A stretch of 16,000 nucleotides of DNA from NCBI RefSeq assembly GCF_004519515.1, contig NZ_CP038145.1, forward strand, positions 380,770 through 396,769, written 5' to 3'. Position numbers and translations under genes: made by a program. This document shows, one piece after another, positions 1 to 8,172 of the stretch (positions within the stretch are counted from its first letter, which is position 1; each line of letters starts with the position of its first letter). This stretch comes from Actinobacillus indolicus. GTDB taxonomy: Bacteria > Pseudomonadota > Gammaproteobacteria > Enterobacterales > Pasteurellaceae. The notes below the pieces were generated by a model that was not told where the DNA came from, did not search any database, and saw only the letters and a list, made by a program, of their open reading frames with translations.

Positions 1-33
1 CTTTTCTCGCTCGTTTATTGTAAGATGTCGGTA

Positions 34-109
34 GGAAGTACTCATCATTTGGAAATGGTTTTTGTGTGGAAACAAAATTATATTCTAGTTGATGAGTACT
101 TCTTTTTTT
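34..109 (+). terminator. Long hairpin followed by a T7 run. Probably the rho-independent terminator of a + strand transcript that starts upstream of the window, or the 3' end of a small RNA.
   Basis: Perfect 13-bp inverted repeat: gaagtactcatca (35-47) pairs with tgatgagtacttc (90-102). It is followed directly by ttttttt (103-109). The 42-nt spacer holds a nested 6-bp AT-rich stem (60-65 / 72-77). The opposite strand has no T-run after the hairpin, so the element is directional. Confidence 0.5.
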
Positions 110-188
110 GTTGCACTTGGATTGTAAATTCAGCCTAATAAAAAAGATCCCGATTTTTGGAATACGCTATTTCAAAAATGAAACACCA

Positions 189-671
189 TTAGGGATTAAA
201 GGTATCTCTTAAAGTAGGAATTGCGCTTTCCCATACTATTTCAGCCACTACCGCAGGGTAAAAATTCACATTCTGCTTTGTTAGCGCATAGACTAGGTCA
301 AAGACAAGGGGTAAATGTGAAATAATCAATACATTTTGAGCGCCTTCTTCTCGTAAAAAATGCAAATAATCCATCACAACATCAGGATCTCCAGCTGGCG
401 TAATTTCATCCCAAGTTTCTTGAATATTTGCAAAACTTTGCATAGAACCGACCGCTTGTATTCCCCTCAATACATTTTCCATCGTTTGTTGCGTTCTAAG
501 GTAAGGGCTTACCAGAATCTTATCTAATTTAACCTGTTGATTATTAAATATATTCCCCAATTTCATCCCTTGTTCAAACGCCATTTGATGACCATTTTCC
601 GTTAAGGGTCTTTCATTGTCAGTTTTTGCCTGAAAACTCGCTTCACCGTGACGCATTACCCAAATATTCAT
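189..671 (-). CDS. sixA: Phosphohistidine phosphatase SixA (histidine phosphatase superfamily)
   Basis: 160 aa. The N-terminus MNIWVMRHGEA carries the RHG catalytic motif. The internal LVSPYLRTQQT and ISHLPLV segments align with recalled E. coli SixA (LVSPFLRAEQT, ISHLPLV), and the length fits (about 161 aa). Confidence 0.85.
   Translation of the reverse strand: MNIWVMRHGEASFQAKTDNERPLTENGHQMAFEQGMKLGNIFNNQQVKLDKILVSPYLRTQQTMENVLRGIQAVGSMQSFANIQETWDEITPAGDPDVVMDYLHFLREEGAQNVLIISHLPLVFDLVYALTKQNVNFYPAVVAEIVWESAIPTLRDTFNP
450..459 (-). repeat. Apl-type DNA uptake signal sequence, perfect 10-mer (ACAAGCGGTC on the - strand)
   Basis: The + strand reads gaccgcttgt at 450-459. Confidence 0.8.
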
Positions 672-691
672 CGGTTATCTCCTATTCGTTA

Positions 692-720
692 TTTAAACTC
701 AACATTTTTGAGCGTATAAT
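692..720 (+). promoter_or_regulatory. Candidate sigma70 promoter for pykA
   Basis: Perfect -10 hexamer TATAAT at 715-720. TTTAAA at 692-697 (4/6 match to TTGACA) sits at 17-bp spacing. The site lies about 80 nt upstream of the pykA ATG in the sixA/pykA divergent intergenic region. Confidence 0.5.
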
Positions 721-799
721 GCACGGCGTTTTTTGTTGTTGCAAGCAACAGATAAAAGATTTCTATTTTTCACAATTTAAACAATGGAGTAATTGAATA

Positions 800-2239
800 A
801 TGTCTCGTAAACTCAGAAGAACCAAAATCGTTTGTACAATGGGTCCAGCAACAGATCGTGGCAATACGCTTGAAAAAATCATTGCAGCAGGTGCAAATAT
901 GGTTCGTATGAACTTCTCACACGGTGTGCCAGAAGATCATATTGGTCGTGCAGAAAAAGTGCGTGAAATTGCAAAACGTTTAGGCAAACACGTTGCAATT
1001 TTAGGTGACTTACAAGGTCCTAAAATCCGTGTTTCGACCTTTAAAGAAGGCAAAATTTTCTTAAATATCGGTGATAAATTTACATTAGATGCAGAATTAC
1101 CAAAAGGTGAAGGTCACCAAGATGCGGTTGGTTTAGACTATAAAAACCTTCCAAACGATGTAGTTCCAGGTGATATTCTTTTATTAGATGATGGTAACGT
1201 TCAATTAAAAGTGCTTTCTATTGATGGAGCGAAAGTATTTACTGAAGTTATCGTGGGCGGTCCATTATCAAACAACAAAGGTATCAACAAATTAGGCGGT
1301 GGTTTATCTGCACCAGCCTTAACAGACAAAGATAAAGAAGACATCAAATTAGCTGCAAAAATCGGTGTGGATTACCTAGCGGTATCTTTCCCACAATCAA
1401 GTGCAGATTTAAACTATGCTCGTCAATTAGCAAAAGAAGCGGGCTTAGAGACCAAAATCGTGGCTAAAGTAGAACGTGCTGAAACAGTAGCTACTGAAGA
1501 AGCAATGAACGACATCATTTTAGGTGCAGACGTTATCATGGTTGCACGTGGTGACTTAGGTGTTGAAATCGGTGATGCTGCATTAGTTGGCGTACAGAAA
1601 AAACTTATCCGTCGTTCACGCAAATTGAACCGTGTTGTAATTACTGCAACACAAATGATGGAATCAATGATCAAAAAACCAATGCCAACCCGTGCAGAAG
1701 TAATGGACGTAGCAAACGCAGTATTAGATGGTACTGACGCAGTAATGCTTTCAGGTGAAACAGCAAACGGTGACTACCCTGTTGAAACAGTAAAATCAAT
1801 GGCAGAAGTATGTTTAGGTGCTGAAACAATGCCAAGCATCAATGTTTCACGCCACCGTATGGAAGGTAAATTCGAAAGCATTGATGAAGCAACAGCAATG
1901 TCTGCAATGTACACTGCAAACCACTTAGAAGGCGTTTCTGCAATTATTGCATTAACAAACTCTGGTGAAACAGCAAAATTAATGAGCCGTATCAGCTCTG
2001 GTTTACCAATCTACGCACTTTCTCGTAATGAGCAAGCATTAAATCGCTGTGCATTATACCGTGGTGTGACACCAGTTCACTATGACCAAGACAGTCGCAC
2101 TATTGAAGGTGCGAAAAAAGCCCTTGCACTATTAAAAGAACAAGGCTACTTAGTATCAGGTGACTTAGTGCTTTTAACTCACGGTGATGAGTTAAAAGAA
2201 GGTGGTACAAATACTTGCCGTATCTTACGTGTAGAATAA
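800..2239 (+). CDS. pykA: Pyruvate kinase, PykA type (AMP-activated pyruvate kinase II)
   Basis: 479 aa. The N-terminus [20 protein letters not shown]...MVRMNFSHG is near-identical in pattern to recalled E. coli Pyk[12 protein letters not shown] and the MLSGETA motif are present. A GGAG Shine-Dalgarno at 786-789 precedes the start. Codon usage is strongly biased, as expected for a highly expressed gene. Confidence 0.97.
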   Translation: MSRKLRRTKIVCTMGPATDRGNTLEKIIAAGANMVRMNFSHGVPEDHIGRAEKVREIAKRLGKHVAILGDLQGPKIRVSTFKEGKIFLNIGDKFTLDAELPKGEGHQDAVGLDYKNLPNDVVPGDILLLDDGNVQLKVLSIDGAKVFTEVIVGGPLSNNKGINKLGGGLSAPALTDKDKEDIKLAAKIGVDYLAVSFPQSSADLNYARQLAKEAGLETKIVAKVERAETVATEEAMNDIILGADVIMVARGDLGVEIGDAALVGVQKKLIRRSRKLNRVVITATQMMESMIKKPMPTRAEVMDVANAVLDGTDAVMLSGETANGDYPVETVKSMAEVCLGAETMPSINVSRHRMEGKFESIDEATAMSAMYTANHLEGVSAIIALTNSGETAKLMSRISSGLPIYALSRNEQALNRCALYRGVTPVHYDQDSRTIEGAKKALALLKEQGYLVSGDLVLLTHGDELKEGGTNTCRILRVE

Positions 2240-2253
2240 TCTACTGAGACGAT

Positions 2254-2288
2254 AAAAAATCCACGCAAATGCGTGGATTTTTTTATAT
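2254..2288 (+). terminator. Rho-independent terminator of pykA
   Basis: 8-bp GC-containing stem: atccacgc (2259-2266) pairs with gcgtggat (2271-2278), with loop aaat. An A-run lies upstream and a T-run downstream (2279-2284). Confidence 0.85.
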
Positions 2289-2323
2289 ACTTTCGACATT
2301 CATTTCCTATCGTTATTTTGTCT

Positions 2324-4273
2324 ATGTTAGCCCTACTCCATGATTTAAAAATAGAAAACATAATTTCTGAGTTAAATTACCAATTTGCCAAAATGATTGA
2401 TCGTCAGCAACAAGCTTACGATTACACACCGTTGCAACAAAATCTTGCGATTTTATTAAGTGCTTTAGTTTCAGATAGTGTGATGAAAGGTCATAGCTGT
2501 ATTCGTTTAGATTCTACTTTGGCAAATAACCCTTTTGGCTTACAGAGCAAAAATTTAAGCCGTCCATTCTATCAAGAGATTTTGCAAAAAATTGAAGGAA
2601 TCTCACCGCTTGAATGGCAACAAGTATTACAAAACCACGTCGCATTTAGCCATGATTCTGCACAGGTTGCCCCTTTGCTATTTCATAATCAACGCCTCTA
2701 TTTTTATCGTTATTGGCAAGCCGAAAATCGTATCGCTTATTTGTTAAAACAAGCGGTCAGTTCTATGCCACAAAATGCAAATGTTGAATTGGACAAGCAG
2801 ATTCTCGATCAATTTTTTACTCATCAAGAGAATATTGATTGGCAAAGAATTGCCGTTGCCACGGCTTTGAATAAAAATTTTAGCCTGATTTCAGGTGGGC
2901 CGGGAACAGGGAAAACCAGAACAGTGGCGATCTTGCTTGCCGCACTGCAACTTAAACAACTCAAACAGCAATTACCCCCATTAAAAATTGCGCTTGCAGC
3001 ACCGACAGGAAAAGCCGCTGCACGTTTAAAGGAGTCGATTACGCAAAGCCTGCTTAATCTTGATTTACCCGCGCAGTTAAAAGCCAATATTCCAACACAA
3101 GCTTCTACCATTCACTCGCTGATTGGGATAAAACCGAATCAGGATTTACCCCTTTATCACGTGAATAATCCACTACATTTAGATCTGTTAGTGGTCGATG
3201 AAGCGTCCATGATCGATATTTTTGTGATGGAAAAGCTCTTTAATGCCCTGAAACCCGATACAAAAGTAGTGATGCTTGGAGATAAAGATCAGCTTGCCTC
3301 TGTGGAAGCGGGAAATTCGATGGGGGAATTAGGGGAACTCATTGAGCTTGGTTATAGCGCCGAACATTGTCAGTATCTTGAACAAGTGACAGGCTACACT
3401 CAATCACCCGAAAATCCGAAGGTTGCAACCATCTGTGATTCACTCTGTCACTTACGCCATAGCTATCGTTTCAATGCACATTCAGGTATAGGGCAGATTG
3501 CTAAACAGGTCAATGAACAACAAGCGGTCAGATCTTGGCAAATTTTTGCAAATCCAGAATATACCGATCTTAAGCTGTTTACTTACCCAAGCCCGACAGA
3601 GTTTGCTGAAAAATCCCAATGGATTCAGCACAGTGTCAATATGATCACGTCCAAAGCGGTTGAACTCTATAAAGACTATCTACAAAAAGCCAAGGCACGT
3701 ACACGTTCTCCCGAAACGGTATCCGTCAGTGATATTTTTGACGCTTTTCAGAAAGTTCGCTTCCTATCCGCATTGCGCGTAAGTGAACTTGGCGTTGAGC
3801 AATTAAATCAACGTATTGCGGAAGCCTTACAACAAGCAGGTTATATCCACTTTAAACATAGCCGAGATAGCTACATTGGCAAACCTGTTCTCATCACGGA
3901 AAATGTGCCACATTTACATATCTTTAGTGGGGATATTGGCTTAATGTTGCCAGATGAATCAGGTACATTACGTATCTATTTTGAAACACAACAAAATGGG
4001 CAACATCTCGACATATTGCCGAGCCGTTTACCAGATCATGAACCGGCTTATATTATGACGGTACATAAATCCCAAGGTTCAGAGTTTGAGCATACGCTCT
4101 TAGTGATGCCACTCAACACTTCACCCGTATTAACCAAAGAACTCGTTTATACGGCAATTACTAGAGCCAAATCTCAATTCACGCTCTTTGGTGATGAAAA
4201 GACATGGAAGCAAGCGGTAAAAGCCAATATTCAACGCCAAAGTGGATTAAAAGAGATGTTACTTGCAGAATAA
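2324..4273 (+). CDS. recD: Exodeoxyribonuclease V alpha subunit RecD (SF1 helicase)
   Basis: Walker A SGGPGTGKT, AAPTGKAAARL, Walker B LVVDEASMID, GDKDQLASVEAG and the C-terminal TVHKSQGSEF...VYTAITRA all align with recalled E. coli RecD. I moved the start from the track's GTG at 2273, which lies inside the pykA terminator stem, to the ATG at 2324. The resulting N-terminus MLALLHDL...ELNYQFAKMI aligns with E. coli MKLQKQLL...PLDVQFALTV. Confidence 0.93.
   Translation: MLALLHDLKIENIISELNYQFAKMIDRQQQAYDYTPLQQNLAILLSALVSDSVMKGHSCIRLDSTLANNPFGLQSKNLSRPFYQEILQKIEGISPLEWQQVLQNHVAFSHDSAQVAPLLFHNQRLYFYRYWQAENRIAYLLKQAVSSMPQNANVELDKQILDQFFTHQENIDWQRIAVATALNKNFSLISGGPGTGKTRTVAILLAALQLKQLKQQLPPLKIALAAPTGKAAARLKESITQSLLNLDLPAQLKANIPTQASTIHSLIGIKPNQDLPLYHVNNPLHLDLLVVDEASMIDIFVMEKLFNALKPDTKVVMLGDKDQLASVEAGNSMGELGELIELGYSAEHCQYLEQVTGYTQSPENPKVATICDSLCHLRHSYRFNAHSGIGQIAKQVNEQQAVRSWQIFANPEYTDLKLFTYPSPTEFAEKSQWIQHSVNMITSKAVELYKDYLQKAKARTRSPETVSVSDIFDAFQKVRFLSALRVSELGVEQLNQRIAEALQQAGYIHFKHSRDSYIGKPVLITENVPHLHIFSGDIGLMLPDESGTLRIYFETQQNGQHLDILPSRLPDHEPAYIMTVHKSQGSEFEHTLLVMPLNTSPVLTKELVYTAITRAKSQFTLFGDEKTWKQAVKANIQRQSGLKEMLLAE
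2749..2758 (+). repeat. Apl-type DNA uptake signal sequence, perfect 10-mer ACAAGCGGTC (inside recD)
   Basis: acaagcggtc is read directly at 2749-2758. Confidence 0.8.
3520..3529 (+). repeat. Apl-type DNA uptake signal sequence, perfect 10-mer ACAAGCGGTC (inside recD)
   Basis: acaagcggtc is read directly at 3520-3529. Confidence 0.8.
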
Positions 4274-4369
4274 TTTTAATGAATGAAAGAATTATGATTT
4301 AAGCCAAATTTTCTCAATGAAAAAGCGCATAGAATAACAAGCAGAATTTTTTATTATTGGGTGTGTTGT

Positions 4370-5923
4370 ATGATCATCAATCAAAGTATAGGGAAATTAC
4401 TGAAACAAAACTTTTCATCTGGATTAGTGGTTTTTTTAGTTGCGCTACCGCTCTGTTTAGGTATCGCTTTAGCATCAGGTGCGCCACCGCTTGCAGGTAT
4501 TCTTTCTGGGATTGTCGGTGGAATCGTTATCGGTGCATTTAGTACATCACACATCAGTGTTTCAGGCCCAGCCGCTGGACTTGCTGCTATTGTTTTGGCA
4601 GCAATTACGGAACTGGGCTCTTTTGAACTCTTTCTCTGTGCAGGATTAATTGCAGGTGTTGTTCAGTTTATCCTTGGTTTTGTACGGGCAGGAAGTATTA
4701 CAAACTATATTCCTGTGGCGGTGATTGAAGGTATGCTTGCTGGAATTGGGGTGCTTATTATCCTTAAGCAGTTGCCTTACGCTCTAGGAAGTAATGAGAC
4801 ATTATTAGCATTAATCGAAAGTAGCCAAGTTCATTTGGGTTCTTTACTTATCGCACTCATCTCTCTCGCCATTATGATTGGTTGGGATCACCACCCTAAA
4901 CTCAAAAAAATAAAATTACTTCCATCAGCCCTTGTTGCTGTTATCGTTGGCATTTTATTAAATGACCTTTTTGTTTATTTTAATTTGCCTTTAGCTATTC
5001 CAAATTCACAGCTCGTTCAGCTACCAATTCCCCATTCTTTAGAAGAAGCAGAGAGCCTAATTCGTTGTCCGAATTTTTCAGGATTTACCAACAGTGTCGT
5101 TTGGGTAACTGGGATTACGATTGCGGTTGTCGCCTCCGTCGAGACTCTACTTTCCATTGAAGCTGCCGATCGTTTAGACGTACACCGTAGAATCACTGAT
5201 AATAACCACGAATTACGAGTGCAAGGCTTTGCCAATATTCTAGCTTCTTGTATTGGGGCATTACCAATGACTTCCGTGATTGTGCGTTCATCCGCCAATG
5301 CAAGTGCAGGTGCAACCCATAAAATCTCTGCCGTTATTCACGGTATTTTATTGCTGATCTGTGTTATCTCTATTCCGACACTATTGAATCAAATTCCCCT
5401 TGCTACTTTAGCAGCAGTACTGATTTTAATTGGCTTTAAATTAACCCATCCAAAACATTACAAACATTTTTGGCACAAAGGCATTTATCAATTTATTCCC
5501 TTTGTTGCAACAATGGTTGCCGTTGTCTTTTTGGATTTATTAAAAGGGGTTGGGATTGGCTTAGTCATCAGTATTCTCTTTATTCTCCATGGTAATATGA
5601 AACGTGCTTACTATTTAAGCCGTGAAGAATTAAGCGAAGCCGATGAAATCGTTTTAGAATTAGGCGAAGAAGTCTCTTTCTTGAATAAAGCTGCAATTAA
5701 GAAAACCTTAAAGAACATTCAGCCGAACTCCAAAGTCACTATCAATGCAGAAAAAGCGTTATATATTGCGAGTGATGTTTTAGAACTACTTGAAGATTTC
5801 ACCAATGTTTATGCCCAAGAAAATAATATTCAAGTGAAATTACGTGGTTTCAAATACGATTACGAACATCAAGAAGGTGTAGAACATACCCATATTCGAG
5901 TGGAACATCGAAGTCGTATTTAA
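4370..5923 (+). CDS. SulP-family inorganic anion transporter with a C-terminal STAS domain
   Basis: About 517 aa from the ATG at 4370. The track's GTG at 4361 has no ribosome-binding site. The protein is polytopic and hydrophobic, with the SulP N-terminal pattern GLVVFLVALPLCLGIALASGAPPLAGILSGIVGGIV...SVSGPAAGLA. The soluble C-terminal domain (VLELGEEVSFLNKAAIKKTL...) is typical of STAS. Confidence 0.88.
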   Translation: MIINQSIGKLLKQNFSSGLVVFLVALPLCLGIALASGAPPLAGILSGIVGGIVIGAFSTSHISVSGPAAGLAAIVLAAITELGSFELFLCAGLIAGVVQFILGFVRAGSITNYIPVAVIEGMLAGIGVLIILKQLPYALGSNETLLALIESSQVHLGSLLIALISLAIMIGWDHHPKLKKIKLLPSALVAVIVGILLNDLFVYFNLPLAIPNSQLVQLPIPHSLEEAESLIRCPNFSGFTNSVVWVTGITIAVVASVETLLSIEAADRLDVHRRITDNNHELRVQGFANILASCIGALPMTSVIVRSSANASAGATHKISAVIHGILLLICVISIPTLLNQIPLATLAAVLILIGFKLTHPKHYKHFWHKGIYQFIPFVATMVAVVFLDLLKGVGIGLVISILFILHGNMKRAYYLSREELSEADEIVLELGEEVSFLNKAAIKKTLKNIQPNSKVTINAEKALYIASDVLELLEDFTNVYAQENNIQVKLRGFKYDYEHQEGVEHTHIRVEHRSRI

Positions 5924-6017
5924 ATATTTCTCTATGAAATAGGGTAATTTTTATTTCTTAAGAAATTTTTAAGATTTATCGTGTCTAATAAGCAAAAAAT
6001 TATAAAGAGGCTTATTT

Positions 6018-6527
6018 ATGCAAACACGTTACCCTATTTCAATTATCACACTTCATTGGCTAATGGCTGTATTAGTCGTTATTGCCTATATTACTGGCGG
6101 AAATCCTGTTAGAAATGGCTTTGAAGGTGAAATTCACGCTGTAAGTGGATTACTTATTGCTCTATTACTACTTATCCGCTTACCTGTTCGTCTTTTCTTA
6201 AAGAAAAAAATCCCTGTTCATACGTTACCTCAATGGCAACACCTACTTGCCCAACTAGTGCAAGTGGCATTATATCTCTGCATGATTCTTATTCCTCTGA
6301 CTGGCTTATTAGCGTTATCTGAGAAAACAGATAGCTATATCCTTTTTGGAATGAATCTCCCCCTCTTGGATATGTCATTTCTTGAAACAAGTGACATAGA
6401 AATCGGCGATCTTCATGAATTATTTGCTAATGCTTTCATTGGATTAGCAGGCGTTCACGCAGTAGCCGCATTAATTCACCACTTTGTGTTTAAAGACGGT
6501 GTATTAAAAAGTATGTCTCCACATTGA
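6018..6527 (+). CDS. Membrane di-haem cytochrome b561 family protein (CybB/YceJ-like)
   Basis: 169 aa with four predicted transmembrane helices. All four haem-ligand histidine contexts of recalled E. coli CybB are present: ITLHWL, EIHAVSG, LHELFAN and GVHAVAALIHH. AAAGAGG Shine-Dalgarno at 6005-6011. Confidence 0.85.
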   Translation: MQTRYPISIITLHWLMAVLVVIAYITGGNPVRNGFEGEIHAVSGLLIALLLLIRLPVRLFLKKKIPVHTLPQWQHLLAQLVQVALYLCMILIPLTGLLALSEKTDSYILFGMNLPLLDMSFLETSDIEIGDLHELFANAFIGLAGVHAVAALIHHFVFKDGVLKSMSPH

Positions 6528-6574
6528 TGTGGAAATCTTAACCCCTTAACTTATTTACTTGTGGGAGTTCTTTT

Positions 6575-6946
6575 ATGAACAAAAAACTCAAATCTTTACT
6601 TGCTGTCTCTATCTTAGCTATCACAGTACCAGTATTGGCTAACTCCATTGAAACATCAATGAAACAGATGGATAAACAGATCTCTGTATTATCATCTGCA
6701 ACAGATAGCGAAACATTTTTAAAACATACGCCAACCTTTATTGAAGCAGCAAAAGCATCTCAAAATGCTCGCCCAAAAGGTTTAAACGACCGTCAATTTA
6801 AAGATTATCAATCAGGACTTCAACAGGTTATTGATGTGGTAGGACAGGCAGAAACACTGGCAAAAGAAGGTAAGCTTGATGAAGCGAAATCGGTATTGAA
6901 TCAGTTAGGTCCAATCAAAAAAGCGTACCATAAGAAGTATAAATAA
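6575..6946 (+). CDS. cybC: Soluble periplasmic cytochrome b562
   Basis: 123 aa with a Sec signal peptide (predicted cleavage after VLA). The mature N-terminus NSIETSM places Met at mature position 7, as in E. coli b562 (ADLEDNM). The C-terminus KKAYHKKYK matches E. coli RNAYHQKYR, which contains the His ligand. KEGKLDEAK matches NEGKVKEAQ. GGGAG Shine-Dalgarno lies upstream. Confidence 0.85.
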   Translation: MNKKLKSLLAVSILAITVPVLANSIETSMKQMDKQISVLSSATDSETFLKHTPTFIEAAKASQNARPKGLNDRQFKDYQSGLQQVIDVVGQAETLAKEGKLDEAKSVLNQLGPIKKAYHKKYK

Positions 6947-6969
6947 AACCTCGTTGATTCTTTGAGAAT

Positions 6970-7000
6970 AGCACCAGCCTTTAAACTGGTGCTTTCTTCA
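6970..7000 (+). terminator. Hairpin terminator between the convergent cybC and amidohydrolase genes
   Basis: 8-bp stem: agcaccag (6970-6977) pairs with ctggtgct (6986-6993), followed by ttcttcatt on the + strand. The same hairpin lies just after the - strand gene that ends at 7010, but the - strand has no T-run. Confidence 0.6.
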
Positions 7001-7009
7001 TTATAACGG

Positions 7010-8164
7010 CTAATTAAGGTATTTTTTTGCTAATTGCGCTAAATAATATGCGGTCGGAAACAACACGGAATCATCTACTTTAAATTTTGGATGGTGAAGC
7101 GCATAAGGCCCGCCAGAACCGATCATAATAAATACGCCTGGAATATGTTTTTGATAGAAAGCAAAATCTTCACCGATAGGGCTTGCTTCAATCAGTTTAG
7201 CATTAAATCCACACTCTGTTGCTGTATCTAGTACAAAATCAATCCATTGTGCCGAGTTAATCACAGAAGGTGGACCTTCATGCCAAATTAGCCCAATCTC
7301 AACTTCAAATGTCTCTGCAATGCCTTGTACTATCGTTTTAAAACGTTGAGCAATTTTCTCTCTAACCTCTGAATTAAAAGTTCTTACTGTGCCTTCTAAA
7401 TAAGCAGAATCTGGAATCACATTCCATGTTGAACCACTATGAATTTGGGTAATAGAAACTACTGCATTTTCTTGAGAAGCAATATTTCGACTAATAATAG
7501 ACTGTATAGCACTAACAAGATGCGCTGAAATCACAATCGGATCTTTGCCATCATGTGGGCGAGCGGCATGAGCACCTTTTGCAGAGATTTTAACCTCAAA
7601 ACGATCCACGCCCGCCGTTAATGCCCCCGCTTTGGTGCCTAAATCCCCAACAGCAAGTGTAGGATCATTATGAATGCCAAATATTAAATCAACATCCTCT
7701 AAAACGTTTGTATTTAGGACATCTACAGCCCCCAGGCCTGTTTCTTCCGCTGCTTGAAATAAAATTCTCACTGTTCCTTTTAAAGTTTCTTGTTGTTGCT
7801 TTAATAAAATAGCAGCTCCAAGTGCGGCAGAAAGATGAAAATCGTGGCCACAAGCATGCATCACTCCAGCATTTAAAGAGCTATACTCTACGCCACTCTC
7901 TTCTAAAATAGGTAATGCATCAATATCTGAACGTAGTGCCAACATTTTACCAGGTTGTCTCCCTTTAATTTCAGCAACTAGCCCCGTTTTTAAGGGTAAA
8001 TCAAGTACTGTAATTTGATACTGTTCTAAAATTTCACGGATTTTAGCTGTGGTCTCAAACTCTTGATTAGATAATTCAGGATATTGATGACGCTCTCGAC
8101 GAAATTGAGTGAGAAAATCAGCGAGAGATTGATGTTCGTGAATGATATTTTGAAAAAAAGACAT
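7010..8164 (-). CDS. M20D-family amidohydrolase (N-acyl-amino-acid deacylase, YxeP/SndA-like)
   Basis: 384 aa. It carries the metal-site motif MHACGHDFH, which is characteristic of the M20D/ILR1/YxeP subfamily, plus GTVRILFQAAEE and HNDP. A strong AGGAG Shine-Dalgarno overlaps the upstream stop codon. The length matches B. subtilis YxeP (about 380 aa). Confidence 0.88.
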   Translation of the reverse strand: MSFFQNIIHEHQSLADFLTQFRRERHQYPELSNQEFETTAKIREILEQYQITVLDLPLKTGLVAEIKGRQPGKMLALRSDIDALPILEESGVEYSSLNAGVMHACGHDFHLSAALGAAILLKQQQETLKGTVRILFQAAEETGLGAVDVLNTNVLEDVDLIFGIHNDPTLAVGDLGTKAGALTAGVDRFEVKISAKGAHAARPHDGKDPIVISAHLVSAIQSIISRNIASQENAVVSITQIHSGSTWNVIPDSAYLEGTVRTFNSEVREKIAQRFKTIVQGIAETFEVEIGLIWHEGPPSVINSAQWIDFVLDTATECGFNAKLIEASPIGEDFAFYQKHIPGVFIMIGSGGPYALHHPKFKVDDSVLFPTAYYLAQLAKKYLN

Positions 8165-8172
8165 AAAAACTC

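Noticed and set aside
1423-1674. 83-aa ORF antisense to pykA
   Set aside because: It lies entirely inside the strongly supported pykA coding region on the opposite strand. It has no ribosome-binding site or recognisable motif, and its composition is typical of an antisense frame.
2273-2323. 5' extension of recD from a GTG at 2273 (track ORF start)
   Set aside because: The GTG lies inside the stem of the pykA terminator. The extension (DFFIYFRHSFPIVILS) has no counterpart in RecD, and the ATG at 2324 gives an N-terminus that aligns with E. coli RecD.
2179-2361. 60-aa - strand ORF spanning the pykA 3' end, the terminator and the recD 5' end
   Set aside because: It runs through a rho-independent terminator and overlaps two well-supported genes. 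It shows no motif and no Shine-Dalgarno.
2824-3111. 95-aa ORF antisense to recD
   Set aside because: It is embedded in the region encoding the conserved RecD helicase motifs, is Cys/Ala-rich low-complexity, and has no start context.
4357-4542. 61-aa + strand ORF overlapping the SulP 5' end in another frame
   Set aside because: It is out of frame with a 517-aa ORF that carries clear SulP motifs. Its composition is Cys/Arg/Phe-rich, typical of an off-frame translation.
4904-4910. A7 homopolymer tracts inside coding regions (here and at 6204-6210) as possible phase-variation switches
   Set aside because: Seven residues is short compared with known contingency-locus tracts in Pasteurellaceae. 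Both tracts simply encode Lys-rich loops, and both reading frames are intact.
5017-5298. 93-aa ORF antisense to the SulP transporter
   Set aside because: It lies wholly within a supported CDS on the opposite strand and has no independent signals.
5953-5970. AT-only palindrome atttcttaagaaat plus tttt after the SulP gene, as a possible terminator
   Set aside because: The stem would be at most 5-7 A/T pairs with little or no loop, so its predicted stability is too low for a confident terminator call. SulP and the cytochrome genes may therefore be co-transcribed.
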